DNA of 64,000 bases from assembly GCA_036501845.1 (NCBI GenBank), contig DASXZO010000102.1, positions 16,284 through 80,283 of the forward strand, in the 5' to 3' direction. The position numbers were made by a program, and so were the translations under genes. This stretch comes from Acidimicrobiia bacterium (GTDB lineage Bacteria > Actinomycetota > Acidimicrobiia > IMCC26256 > PALSA-610). Positions 24,790 through 34,466 of the stretch are shown here, in pieces; position 1 is the stretch's first letter, and each line of letters opens with the position of its first letter. Under the pieces are notes generated by a model. That model was not told the origin of the DNA. It saw nothing but the letters and a program-made list of their open reading frames with translations, and searched no databases.

Positions 24790-26538
24790 ATGGACGCGCG
24801 TCGCATGGTGTTGGGGCGAAGCGCGATCGCGGTGGTTGTGGTCTGTGTCGTTGCCGCGCTCATTCTCGTGCCGTTGGTCTCGGCTCGACGACACGCCCAG
24901 ACCCTTTCGACTCGCGGCGTCGTGTTGCAACGCGAGGTCGACGCCCTACGCACGACGCTCGGTGACTGGGGCATCCAGATCAATGCGCAGCTGGGAAGCG
25001 CGAGCCCCGGTGCTGCGATCGACGCTGACGCCTTGTCGCACGGCGTGCAGCTCTTCTCGAGCGAGAAGTTGGAAGCCACCGCAGCACTGAAATCGCTACG
25101 TACGTTCGGCCTCGACGACCTCGCCGACCGACTCAGCGCCGCGCGCAGCGCGTTCGACTCGTCGGTGTCTCGGTTCACGAGTCTCGTGAACTCATCGGGA
25201 TTGTCGACTGCGCAGGTGGCGACCATCGTCGACTCGGAGCGCGCCGCGTACAGCACGATGTGGGATGCGGCGGCAAGCATTAGTGCGAGTGTGCAAGACC
25301 GTGTCGTCTCACCGGCGGCGCACGACGCAGTTTCGGATGCGAATCTCACCATTTTTGCCATCCTGATACTCGATGGCATTGTCATCGTCGCGCTGATCGC
25401 TTCCGCGTTTGTCACCGCTTCCCGTGTGCATCACGAAGATCTCGTGCGCCGGGCGGCCGAAACCCGTGGCGAATTCGAGCTGGGCCTGCAAGTTGCGCTC
25501 GACATGGCCCATACCGAGGCGTCGGTGTGGGGCGTGGTGAACGACGCCACCCGCGAAAGCGTCCCGCGCTTGGACGTCGATGTCCTTGTCGCTGACTCGA
25601 GCCACGCGCACTTCGCGCGAGCGCTCCAGACACCTGACGACTCCGCTGATGCATTGCGCGGTTGCGATGTGGGATCGCCGCTCGACTGCCCAGCGGCGAT
25701 CCGCGGCCAGACGATGTCGTTCCGTTCCAGCGAGCTCCTCGATGCCTGCCCGCACCTCAAGAACCGTCCCACCGGTGCGTGCTCCGCCACGTGCGTGCCG
25801 TTCGGGATCGCCGGTCGCGCGCTTGGCGTGGTGCACGCGACGGCACCCGCCGATCAACCTCCGACCGAGAGTGAGAACGGGTATCTCCAGCTCATCACGC
25901 GGCGCGCATCGGAGCGTGTCGCTATGGTGCGCGCGTTCGACGAATCGGAAGTGCGAGCGAGCACGGACCCGCTCACAGGTTTGCTCAACCGCCGCAGCCT
26001 GGAGAATCAGGTACGCGAGCTGCGCGCGTCCAACGCCTCGTTCGCAGTCGCCTACGCCGACCTCGACCACTTCAAGCAGCTCAATGACGTGCATGGGCAC
26101 GCCACCGGCGACCGAGCGCTCCGCCTCTTCGCCCGAGTGCTGCGTGACGCCGTCCGCCCAAACGATCTGGTCGCCCGCTACGGCGGCGAGGAATTCGTCA
26201 TCGTCCTGCCTCATTGCAGCAACGATCACGCCGTCGCAGTGTGCGAACGCGTCCGCGAACGCCTCGCGCTCGCACTCAACACCGGCGCAATGCCAGCGTT
26301 CACGGTCTCGTTCGGCGTGAGCGGCACCATTGGTGACGACGAATTCGACGATGTCGTCACGCGCGCCGATCAGGCGCTTCTCGAGTCGAAACGCGGCGGC
26401 CGCGACCGTGTCACCGAAGGCGCAAGTCACTCGAATGGGCGGTCACGCGGGATGCCCGCCACCGCGACCAACCGCGACGGCACCCCAGCGCCGCAGCAAC
26501 CCCTCGAAGACGTTGCCGCATTCTCCTCGCGGTCGTAG
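24790..26538 (+). CDS. membrane-anchored diguanylate cyclase (GGDEF domain, GGEEF active site)
   Basis: The GGDEF domain has DPLTGLLNRRSL...DLDHFKQLNDVHGHATGD...ARYGGEEFVIVLPH. The N-terminus has a TM helix, then a helical region, a second TM helix and a GAF-like segment. I chose ATG 24790 (GGAGAAAG upstream) over the track's GTG at 24751. Confidence 0.85.
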   Translation: MDARRMVLGRSAIAVVVVCVVAALILVPLVSARRHAQTLSTRGVVLQREVDALRTTLGDWGIQINAQLGSASPGAAIDADALSHGVQLFSSEKLEATAALKSLRTFGLDDLADRLSAARSAFDSSVSRFTSLVNSSGLSTAQVATIVDSERAAYSTMWDAAASISASVQDRVVSPAAHDAVSDANLTIFAILILDGIVIVALIASAFVTASRVHHEDLVRRAAETRGEFELGLQVALDMAHTEASVWGVVNDATRESVPRLDVDVLVADSSHAHFARALQTPDDSADALRGCDVGSPLDCPAAIRGQTMSFRSSELLDACPHLKNRPTGACSATCVPFGIAGRALGVVHATAPADQPPTESENGYLQLITRRASERVAMVRAFDESEVRASTDPLTGLLNRRSLENQVRELRASNASFAVAYADLDHFKQLNDVHGHATGDRALRLFARVLRDAVRPNDLVARYGGEEFVIVLPHCSNDHAVAVCERVRERLALALNTGAMPAFTVSFGVSGTIGDDEFDDVVTRADQALLESKRGGRDRVTEGASHSNGRSRGMPATATNRDGTPAPQQPLEDVAAFSSRS

Positions 26539-26558
26539 TCAGTTCGACCGCGCGCCGG

Positions 26559-28949
26559 TTAGTGGCCTGTGAGCGCGAGGAGAAATCCGACAAGCGACAC
26601 GGAGAAGGATTGGGCTTCGGACGGCGAGAGGCCGTACTGACGCATCACGGTGACCAGCGCGCTCTGTTCACTCGTCGAATATGGCGAGGTGTATGTGTGC
26701 GGCCCGCTGCTGACCGGCGGCGTCACAGGCGACAACGTCGGCGAGTTCACGACTCCCACGAGGAACGCGAGGATGCCCACCGACGTCTTCTGCGCGGTCG
26801 CCGCGGTCTGCTTGTAATAGGTGGCGTTCTTCAGCAGCCGGGTGTTGTCCGACGCGTTGTACGGCGTGGTCACGTTGACGGACGCGGCCTTCGGGGTGAA
26901 CGACGCCGACGGTGGCGATTTCGGTCCCGATCCGGAGAGGTTCACCGCCGCAACCGTTGCCCGCTGCGCGGTGCCGTTCGGAACGGACACGACTGCTCGC
27001 GACGCGCCGGCCGGAACTGTGATCGTCTGGCCACCCGGGGTCGTCGTGATCACATAGCTCGAGACGGCTGATGTCCCCGACGACGATGGTGGTGACCACC
27101 CAACGGTGACCCATCCCGAGCCGCTGCTGACGAACGAGATCGTGGGCGCGCTCGGACATCCGGAACACGGGCCGCCGGACGTCGCAGTCACTTGTAACGC
27201 CTGGCTGAACTGACCCGACGTCGTGGGATTCGAGTATTGCGGCCGTACGTCGATGGCGTACGTACCGGCGCTCGGTGGGTCGAAGTTGAACGAGGGGTTT
27301 GCGACAACTCCGCTCAGCGTCGGCGAACCCAATTGCTGTGTGTTGCTCAGTGCGACGTTGTCGAAGTACCACGCCGCGGAACTGCAGAGGCACACTGCAC
27401 CACCATCGAAGGCGTACGACGTCGCGAAGCGAATGTTGATCTGCTGTCCGGCGTACGGCGCGAGCGACACGGTCTTGTGCGTGAACGAAGTCTCGTCGCC
27501 ACCCGCCTGTTGGAATGGCGCCGACGACCAGGTAGCGCCGCCGTCCGTCGACACTTCCACGCTCGCATCGAGGTGGTCGAAGTTGGCCGCCTCGCTGTCG
27601 AAGCTGAGTTGGCTGCTCGCGCCGGGCAGGAACGTGGGCTTCAGCGTCAGCGTGTCGGGATTGTCGAACTGTGTGATGTAGAGCTGGAACGCGTTGCTGC
27701 CGCTCACGACATGCGTGCTCTCGATGGGGTTGTAGCCGTCGACGTTCGCAGTCCAGTTCGTCAAGCCGTTCTCGGCACCGTCGTTCAAGGCCGAGATGGT
27801 GAGCGGCGTGGTGCGCCACTGGTAGCCCGTCGCGTTCGGGATCGCAGGAACCGTGTACGCGCTGTTCTGGCCCACGGGCAGCGTCGTGGGACCGCTCGGC
27901 GTGTGCGCGCTGTCGCCCTTCGACGGATCGATGACCGTGACGTTGTACGTGGACGGCGCCACGACGTTGCCGTTCACGGTCACATTGCTCACGGTCACCG
28001 TGTAGGTCGTGTCGGCGCCGGGCTTCGGCCACGGTTGACCGTCGGTCACGCCGGCAACCGTTGGGATCCAGATCAGGGCGGGGTCGCCGTAGGGACCGTT
28101 GCGACCTTCGACGGTCACGGGCACGCTGCTGCCGTTGCTCGACATCGTGACCGTCGCGTTCGTGAAGTCGGCGTTGGCGAGGCTGAAGCTCCAGCGCGGA
28201 TACACGATCTGGTAGGGCACAAAGCCCTTCGGCGGCCACGCCATGAACCCGTCTCGAGGCGTCGGGATCGGGCTCACCGGTGGAGTGATCACGTATTGGG
28301 CTTCTGCCGCGGGGCTCGTGCCAGTGGCGGGCACGCTCCCCGACCCCATCACGTCAGTTGCCTCGTACAGCATGTTGCGCCGATGCCCGAGCACGTCGTC
28401 GTCGAACATCAGTTGGTCGATCGAGTCCGGGCCAGTGTTGCCGAGCGCGAGGTTCGACGCCGACGCACCGTCGGAGCCGTCCTGGCTCCAGCACGCCCAC
28501 GAGGTGGGAGGCGCGTGGCTGAGGTCGCCTTGCGCGCTCATGATGAGCGCGGCCGCCTGTGCCTTGGTGTTGTAGGTGGAGTTCAGCGTGACGTTCGACG
28601 GCACGCCCGCCATCGCGCGGAAGTAGTTGATCCGCGTCAGCGTGGCGTTGAGGTAGTCACTCGACACGGTGCCGGGATTGCAGGCGGCGATGCTGCCCGT
28701 CCACCCGGGGTCGACGCCGTTCGACGACTCGTGGACCCGGTAATAGAACTGCCGCACGTCCTCGCGGTTCGACATCGTGACCGTGAACGGGCCTTGTGGA
28801 GTGGTCGACGGCGTGACGGCGCGCCCGGCCGCAGCGTGCGGCGGCGCGACCGCGTTCGCCGATGTGATCGCCGCAACTCCGGCGGCACTCACGAATGTGG
28901 CAACGATCAGCGCGACGCGCGCCGACCAGATCGCGACGCCACGAACCAT
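26559..28949 (-). CDS. secreted multidomain protein: CAP/SCP/PR-1-like domain, jelly-roll-like domain, fibronectin type III, hydrophobic C-terminal tail
   Basis: I trimmed the track ORF to ATG 28949 (GAAGGGG upstream). The signal is VALIVATFVSAAGVAAITSANA. The CAP-like region is LTRINYFRAMAGVP...AQAAALIMSAQGDLSHAPP...VLGHRRNML. The FN3-like region is PSAPTISFVSSGSGWVTVGWSPPSSSG...YVITTTPGG. The last ~70 aa contain two hydrophobic stretches. Confidence 0.8.
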   Translation of the reverse strand: MVRGVAIWSARVALIVATFVSAAGVAAITSANAVAPPHAAAGRAVTPSTTPQGPFTVTMSNREDVRQFYYRVHESSNGVDPGWTGSIAACNPGTVSSDYLNATLTRINYFRAMAGVPSNVTLNSTYNTKAQAAALIMSAQGDLSHAPPTSWACWSQDGSDGASASNLALGNTGPDSIDQLMFDDDVLGHRRNMLYEATDVMGSGSVPATGTSPAAEAQYVITPPVSPIPTPRDGFMAWPPKGFVPYQIVYPRWSFSLANADFTNATVTMSSNGSSVPVTVEGRNGPYGDPALIWIPTVAGVTDGQPWPKPGADTTYTVTVSNVTVNGNVVAPSTYNVTVIDPSKGDSAHTPSGPTTLPVGQNSAYTVPAIPNATGYQWRTTPLTISALNDGAENGLTNWTANVDGYNPIESTHVVSGSNAFQLYITQFDNPDTLTLKPTFLPGASSQLSFDSEAANFDHLDASVEVSTDGGATWSSAPFQQAGGDETSFTHKTVSLAPYAGQQINIRFATSYAFDGGAVCLCSSAAWYFDNVALSNTQQLGSPTLSGVVANPSFNFDPPSAGTYAIDVRPQYSNPTTSGQFSQALQVTATSGGPCSGCPSAPTISFVSSGSGWVTVGWSPPSSSGTSAVSSYVITTTPGGQTITVPAGASRAVVSVPNGTAQRATVAAVNLSGSGPKSPPSASFTPKAASVNVTTPYNASDNTRLLKNATYYKQTAATAQKTSVGILAFLVGVVNSPTLSPVTPPVSSGPHTYTSPYSTSEQSALVTVMRQYGLSPSEAQSFSVSLVGFLLALTGH

Positions 28950-29083
28950 GGCCCGCACCCCTTCGTATTCACTCGGTCCCCAACCGGTCCCGAGTGTGCC
29001 AGTTCGCGCATTCTCCGTCAACGCACGGCCACCGGAGAGAACCGCAGCGTCCGCAACGCCGGGCCGTTTGACGGCCGAATGGC

Positions 29084-30103
29084 CTACCGTGCGTGACGAC
29101 CGATGGCATCTTCCGGCATCTTGCCAGGTGCCCGACACGCGGAATCGGTACTCGGACTCGAGCGCTTCGGCGGTGCGGCGATCGCCGACCCGAGCTCGGC
29201 GAGATCACGCTCGGCATGACATTGACGGCGATAGAGCGTGAGCGCGTCGAAGCGCTCGATCACGTCGGCGTCGAACGCGAGCGGCCGAGGGCCGAGCGCG
29301 CGTCCGAACCGATCCTGCACCTCGCCGCATCCCGCATCCACGAGGTGACGAACGGCAAGGGCCCGCGTACGAGCGAGCCTGGCGTCGTCGGGATGGCGGT
29401 CGGCTTCGGCTCCAGCCGCATCCAAGATGGCCTCGAACGACCACCCGATCGCGGCCATCGCACCGAGGTGCGCCAAGTCGTGCGCATCGGTGCGACTCGC
29501 GCCGAGCGCATGGTCGATGAGTCCCTGCGCGGCACCCGCCCAACACGCGGCCGGACCAATCGCACCATGCCAAAAACCAGGTCTGTCCAGGTACCAGCCC
29601 GCGTCGCCAACCTGCGCGCGTGCAGAGATCGTGAGCCCGTCGAAATCGACGAGCGCAGTGTTGGTGTCACGCATCGCGAACCCGCGCCATGCAGAAAGGT
29701 CGATCCGACTCGCGTTCAGCGCCTCGCCTGGTACCAGAAAGAGGACCGGACTCGCGCCGCACGAGGCGGTGACAAGTGCATCGTCGACGATTCCTGCGCC
29801 GGTGCAGAAGCCCTTCGACCCGTAGAAGGTCACCGTGCCGTCGCGCACCTCGAACCGAAGCGTTTCGCGCGCGCTCTCGGACGCCCAGACACCGAGCACA
29901 CGCCCGCGTGTCGGGACGCAACCCGCCTCGTGCAGGATCTGCGTCGCGTCGATGTGGGCCTCGGCAAGCCGCGCCGTTGCAACATCGGCGCGCGCAATCG
30001 CGGCGAGCCGTCGCCAGCGCTCGCGCGTCTCGCCGTGTCCGATTGCCGGAAGCACGAGCTCGCCCTCATCGAGGAGACGGCGGACTCGGTCGCCGGCCTT
30101 CAC
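29084..30103 (-). CDS. acyl-CoA dehydrogenase-like protein
   Basis: The fold has the ACAD layout (ARLAEAHIDATQIL...GSKGFCTGAGIVDDALV...). I trimmed the track ORF to GTG 30103, which overlaps the upstream stop (GTGA). It is the last gene of a three-gene operon. Confidence 0.75.
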   Translation of the reverse strand: MKAGDRVRRLLDEGELVLPAIGHGETRERWRRLAAIARADVATARLAEAHIDATQILHEAGCVPTRGRVLGVWASESARETLRFEVRDGTVTFYGSKGFCTGAGIVDDALVTASCGASPVLFLVPGEALNASRIDLSAWRGFAMRDTNTALVDFDGLTISARAQVGDAGWYLDRPGFWHGAIGPAACWAGAAQGLIDHALGASRTDAHDLAHLGAMAAIGWSFEAILDAAGAEADRHPDDARLARTRALAVRHLVDAGCGEVQDRFGRALGPRPLAFDADVIERFDALTLYRRQCHAERDLAELGSAIAAPPKRSSPSTDSACRAPGKMPEDAIGRHAR

Positions 30104-30825
30104 GACGACACTGTGGCGGGCAGCGCCTCGAGCGCGTCGAGATACGCGGCAAAACCATCCGGCGCGCGGCTCCGGCGGCGGCTGCTCGTGGTCACTGGGG
30201 CAAGTGTCGTGGAGACGACGGGATAGCCCGCCGCGCGCAGACCGGCCCAAAGATCGTGATCCTCACCAGTGGCCAAGTCTCGCCAACCGCCGATCGCCGT
30301 GTAGGCGTCGGCGCGGACGCCGAGGTTCGTGCCGTGGAGATGCGGATGCCATCCCGCGACCTTGACCGCGTAACGCCGCTCGAACAGCGCTCCAAGACCG
30401 GTCGGCCGGTCGCCGAAGGATGCGATCGACACGGTGCCCGCTACCGCTGCGGCACCACGCAACGCTGCCTCGCGATGCACCGTGATCCACTCCGCGGGCA
30501 CCGTCGAGTCGGCGTCGGTCGAGAGCAGCCAGATGTCTCGCGTCGATCGCGACGAGAAGTGCTCGAGTGCCAGCGCGCAGCCCGTTCTCCGTGCCGCGCC
30601 GACGATGCCTTCGTCGATCACACACACTTCGCCACGATCGCCGAGCGTTCGCCGGGCGCGGTCCGCCGTGCGGTCGAGGCAGCGATCGGCGACCACCACG
30701 ATCCAGGCGCCCACCTGTGCTGATTCGACCGCTGCGATCACAGAATGGAGGCACGTGTCGATCACGGCCTCCTCATCACGGGCCGGGATCACGATCCCGA
30801 CCGACCACGGCGGCGCGCCGCTCAC
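30100..30825 (-). CDS. family 2 glycosyltransferase
   Basis: The sequence shows VGIVIPARDEEAVIDTCL...VVVADRCLDRT...STDADS (DxD) and HGTNLGVRADAY. It has 4-nt overlaps with both neighbours. Confidence 0.8.
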   Translation of the reverse strand: MSGAPPWSVGIVIPARDEEAVIDTCLHSVIAAVESAQVGAWIVVVADRCLDRTADRARRTLGDRGEVCVIDEGIVGAARRTGCALALEHFSSRSTRDIWLLSTDADSTVPAEWITVHREAALRGAAAVAGTVSIASFGDRPTGLGALFERRYAVKVAGWHPHLHGTNLGVRADAYTAIGGWRDLATGEDHDLWAGLRAAGYPVVSTTLAPVTTSSRRRSRAPDGFAAYLDALEALPATVSS

Positions 30826-31400
30826 ACGCGCGTCCAGACGTCGACCACGTACTCAGGACGCGCGAGATGTCTCACGTGCTTGCACTTCGCCGACAGGGCG
30901 TCGGAAATCACCTCGTGCACGACCGACCCGTGGAGCTGGTGGTCTGCACTGTCGCCGAGCCAATGGCACGCGAGGAGGTCTCCGGTGGGCTCGAGCGCGT
31001 CGGCAAGACGAACCACGATCGCGCCGAGTTCGCCGACATCGAAGTAGTAACCCAGCTCCGCGAACACCACGAGGTCGAGGCCACGCGGCGGTGGATCGAC
31101 CACAGACCCAACTGTCACGTTGACGTGGGGGTACTGCGCACACCGCCGTCGCGCACACTCGACCGCGGTCGGCGACACATCGTTCGCGTCGAGTCGCGCA
31201 CAGCGCGGCGCGAGACGAACACTCAACGCGCCCACCGAGCAACCCGGTTCGTATGCCCGCGCGTCACCACGCTCCGGTAGCTCGGCCAAGATGTCGTCGT
31301 ATCGCTGCTGCTCGAACGCAGATTCCGCGAAGTTCCACGGATCCTCATTCGCGCGGTAACGAGCCTCGAATGCTTCCGGGCTCCACGGTTCACCGGACAC
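30822..31400 (-). CDS. SAM-dependent methyltransferase (NodS-like)
   Basis: The N-terminus FEARYRANEDPWNFAESAFEQQRYD is typical of NodS-like methyltransferases. SAM motif I is AYEPGCSVGALSVRLAPRC. Confidence 0.8.
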   Translation of the reverse strand: MSGEPWSPEAFEARYRANEDPWNFAESAFEQQRYDDILAELPERGDARAYEPGCSVGALSVRLAPRCARLDANDVSPTAVECARRRCAQYPHVNVTVGSVVDPPPRGLDLVVFAELGYYFDVGELGAIVVRLADALEPTGDLLACHWLGDSADHQLHGSVVHEVISDALSAKCKHVRHLARPEYVVDVWTRV

Positions 31401-31426
31401 TCAGGGCCACCCGTCTCATCGGCTCG

Positions 31427-33577
31427 TCACCGTTCCCAGTGCCGATGAAGCGCCAGCGCGGCGAAGAATTCTTCGGCCGAGCCAGCGACGCCGGATGCAC
31501 CGGGATCGATGCCGAGTGGCTCACTCCATGCCGGGTCGAGCAGCGCCACGGTCTTGTGATGGCGGTACGCCTCTTGGACGAAGACCCCCAGCGTGGGATC
31601 GGGCGCGGTCGCGAGGATGACACCGTCGTATTCCACCGGATCTGTGATGTGCACAGACCGATCCACTGCCACATCCTGTTCGAGCTGGCCGAGATGCGGG
31701 CCGACGACGACGACTTCCACTCCGTCGGGATCGGCGGCGGTCCGCCACGCCGAGACCGCGCGGCGCGTCGTGTCGTCGCCGGCAAGCAGCGCGACGACGC
31801 GGCCGGCCGACACTCCGGGTTCGTCGCTCACAAGCGAGAGCGCCGGTGAGAGCTGCGCGGGTTCGAACGGGCGACCGCGCGGCGCGTCGATTCCGAGGTG
31901 CTGCGCCACACGCGTCGCGAGGTCGGCGTCCACATTCGCGAGTAGGCCGACGACCCGCGCGCCGACACCCTCACTCACGCACTTTGCGAGTTCGAAGCTG
32001 AACGCGGCGACGATGTGGTCCCGCTCGACATCGGTCAGTGATCGATAGAAGAGCGTGGCCTGCGTGAAGTGATCGTCGAAGCTCGCCGGCCGCAGCTTCA
32101 ACTTCGGACCGTTCACGGCGTGAGGGCTATGCGTGTAGACGCCCTCGCCAGGGCGCGCGAACGGGCAGCCGCCTCCGAGACTGTTCGGCGAGTACGCCGT
32201 TGCGCCTTCGTGCACGGCTTGTTGCATGAACCCGTCGCGATTGTTGTCGTTGACGTCGGCGAGCGGCCGGTTCACCGGGATCTGGGCGAAATTCGGGCCA
32301 CCGAGCCGGGTGAGTTGAGTGTCGAGGTACGAGAACAGCCGGGCCTGGAGCAGTGGATCGTCGACCAGACCGATCCCCGGGACCAAGTGCCCGGGATGGA
32401 ACGCAACCTGCTCGGTCTCGGCGAAATAGTTCGCAGGATTCCGATCGAGCGTCATGGTCCCGACCAGGCGAACGGGACACAGCTCCTCGGGCACGAGCTT
32501 GGTTGCGTCGAGCAAGTCGATGCCCTCAAAAGTTTGGTCCGGCGTGTCGGGCATCACTTGCACACCGAGTTGCCACACCGGGAAATTGCCCGTCGCGATG
32601 CGCGCGTGCAGATCGCGCCGGTGATAGTCGGGATCGATACCGCCGAGCTTCTGCGACTCTTCCCACACCAGGCTGTGCACGCCGGCCGCGGGCTTCCAGT
32701 GCCATTTCACCAAGCGCGTCGACCCGTCGGGGGCCGTCAAGCGGAAGGTGTGGACGCCGAAGCCCTCCATGGTCGCGAACGAGCGAGGTATCGCACGATC
32801 GGACATGATCCACATGAGCATGTGCACGGACTCGGGCTGAAGCCCGACGAAGTCCCAGAACGTGTCATGGGCCGATTGCGCCTGCGGGATCTCGCGATCG
32901 GGTTCGGGCTTGACCGCGTGGATGAGATCCGGGAACTTGAGACCGTCTTGGATGAAGAACACCGGGATGTTGTTGCCGACGAGATCGAAGTTGCCCTCGT
33001 CGGTATAGAACTTCGTCGCGAAACCGCGAACGTCGCGCGCGGTGTCGGCCGAACCCCGCGAGCCGGCGACGGTGGAGAACCGTACGAACGTTGGGGTGCG
33101 AGCGCCCGACCGAAGGAAGGCTGCACCACAAATGTCTTCCAGGCCCTCGGTGACCTCGAACACACCGTGTGCGCCTGCACCACGCGCGTGCACCACCCGC
33201 TCGGGGATGCGCTCATGGTCGAAGTGCGTGATCTTCTCGCGGAGATGGAAGTCCTCGAGCAGCGTCGGCCCGCGGTCCCCCGCTTTCAACGAGTTGTCCG
33301 CGTCGTCGACCGCCAACCCTTGCGCTGTCGTCAGCCGATCTCCCGCCTGAGCCCATGCGAGGTCCGTACCATCCGCAGCCGGCGTATCCGGCGAGAGGCT
33401 CACGAGTTTCCCCTGCGCACGCGCCCGTTCCGCCTTGGCTACAGACGCCGCCTTCTGCGACGGCTGGTTCGGCGTCGGATTCTCCCGCTCCGCCGCGCTC
33501 GTCGCTTCGTCGCGATTCGGGGAACGAGCGCCGTCTTCGGCAAGCGGACCCTTTGGCTTTCGCGCTGCACGCGCCAT
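31427..33577 (-). CDS. katE: large-subunit (HPII-type) monofunctional catalase
   Basis: The catalase core is FDHERIPERVVHARGAGAHGVFE...RFSTVAGSRGSADTARDVRGFATKFYT, with the proximal Tyr region RLFSYLDTQLTRLGGPNF and a C-terminal flavodoxin/DJ-1-like domain. I chose ATG 33577 (GAGGAG upstream) over the track start at 33703. Confidence 0.95.
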   Translation of the reverse strand: MARAARKPKGPLAEDGARSPNRDEATSAAERENPTPNQPSQKAASVAKAERARAQGKLVSLSPDTPAADGTDLAWAQAGDRLTTAQGLAVDDADNSLKAGDRGPTLLEDFHLREKITHFDHERIPERVVHARGAGAHGVFEVTEGLEDICGAAFLRSGARTPTFVRFSTVAGSRGSADTARDVRGFATKFYTDEGNFDLVGNNIPVFFIQDGLKFPDLIHAVKPEPDREIPQAQSAHDTFWDFVGLQPESVHMLMWIMSDRAIPRSFATMEGFGVHTFRLTAPDGSTRLVKWHWKPAAGVHSLVWEESQKLGGIDPDYHRRDLHARIATGNFPVWQLGVQVMPDTPDQTFEGIDLLDATKLVPEELCPVRLVGTMTLDRNPANYFAETEQVAFHPGHLVPGIGLVDDPLLQARLFSYLDTQLTRLGGPNFAQIPVNRPLADVNDNNRDGFMQQAVHEGATAYSPNSLGGGCPFARPGEGVYTHSPHAVNGPKLKLRPASFDDHFTQATLFYRSLTDVERDHIVAAFSFELAKCVSEGVGARVVGLLANVDADLATRVAQHLGIDAPRGRPFEPAQLSPALSLVSDEPGVSAGRVVALLAGDDTTRRAVSAWRTAADPDGVEVVVVGPHLGQLEQDVAVDRSVHITDPVEYDGVILATAPDPTLGVFVQEAYRHHKTVALLDPAWSEPLGIDPGASGVAGSAEEFFAALALHRHWER

Positions 33578-33777
33578 CTTGCTGCTCCTCGCGCCGCGCT
33601 CACTGCGCGACCATCCGCTCGCGGCGACCGGTGATCCGGCCACCGGCGCGTCTCGTACCCGACGCGGCGGTGATCCATGCGGCGCGGCCTGGGCGCGCAG
33701 CAATCAGCGCGCACGCGCGTCGGGGAGCAACGAGGGCCCCGCAGAAAAACAGCAGCCCTATCGAACGGACGGTTTGG

Positions 33778-34392
33778 CTACGGCACGCACGGACTCGTGC
33801 ACGTGTACTTCACGGTCGCGCCGTGGAAGATGCCGCCGCTCGCCGCGTCGCCGGGATAGTCGGTGATCACGCTCGCCTTCCAGTCGATCACGTAGCGGCG
33901 GCCGTCCACCACGGTCGCGATCGGGTTGCCGGTCTTCGTGAACGTGCCCCGCACGCATGCCCCGAGGTGACTCGGTGTGGTGAACGACACGTTCGTCGTC
34001 GTGATGGCGCTCTGCGGGACGTACGACCCGAACGACAGCGACTCTCCGAAACAGCCGGTGCGATTGGCGGGGGTGACCGTGAAGCTCACGGCAGTGACCT
34101 TGGCGCCCTTGGGCAGGTCGATGCCGGCCTCGAACGTCACGTGCGTCGAGTTCGGTGCGGCTCCGCCCTCGAACGTGGCGGACACGCCACCGCCGCTGTT
34201 CGGAACGAACTGCGGAGCAACTCGCTCGTCGAGCGAATGCATGTCGGTTCCGGCGATCGTGCGCGTGAAGCTGGTCGGTGCGGCTGCGCTTCGCGCGGTG
34301 GTGGCGCCTGATGACGACGTCACGGCCACCAGTCCGGCTGCAGCGGCGACGATCGGGACAGCAATGAGTGCGATGCGACGAAGCGTTGTCAT
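33778..34392 (-). CDS. secreted protein (orphan family 2, paralog A)
   Basis: The signal is MTTLRRIALIAVPIVAAAAGLVAV. The protein is collinear with 49479..50087 and shares blocks such as AGTDMHSLD.RV.PQ, NLPKGA.VTAVSF, TKTGNPIATVV.GRRYV and the C-terminus GIFHGATV.YTCTSPCVP. Confidence 0.75.
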   Translation of the reverse strand: MTTLRRIALIAVPIVAAAAGLVAVTSSSGATTARSAAAPTSFTRTIAGTDMHSLDERVAPQFVPNSGGGVSATFEGGAAPNSTHVTFEAGIDLPKGAKVTAVSFTVTPANRTGCFGESLSFGSYVPQSAITTTNVSFTTPSHLGACVRGTFTKTGNPIATVVDGRRYVIDWKASVITDYPGDAASGGIFHGATVKYTCTSPCVP

Positions 34393-34466
34393 GCGGCGCA
34401 GTCTCTCACTGTCCGCGACAGTCCACCACCCAACGACGCACGCCCGGCTTGCTGGCTCGCCTCAGA

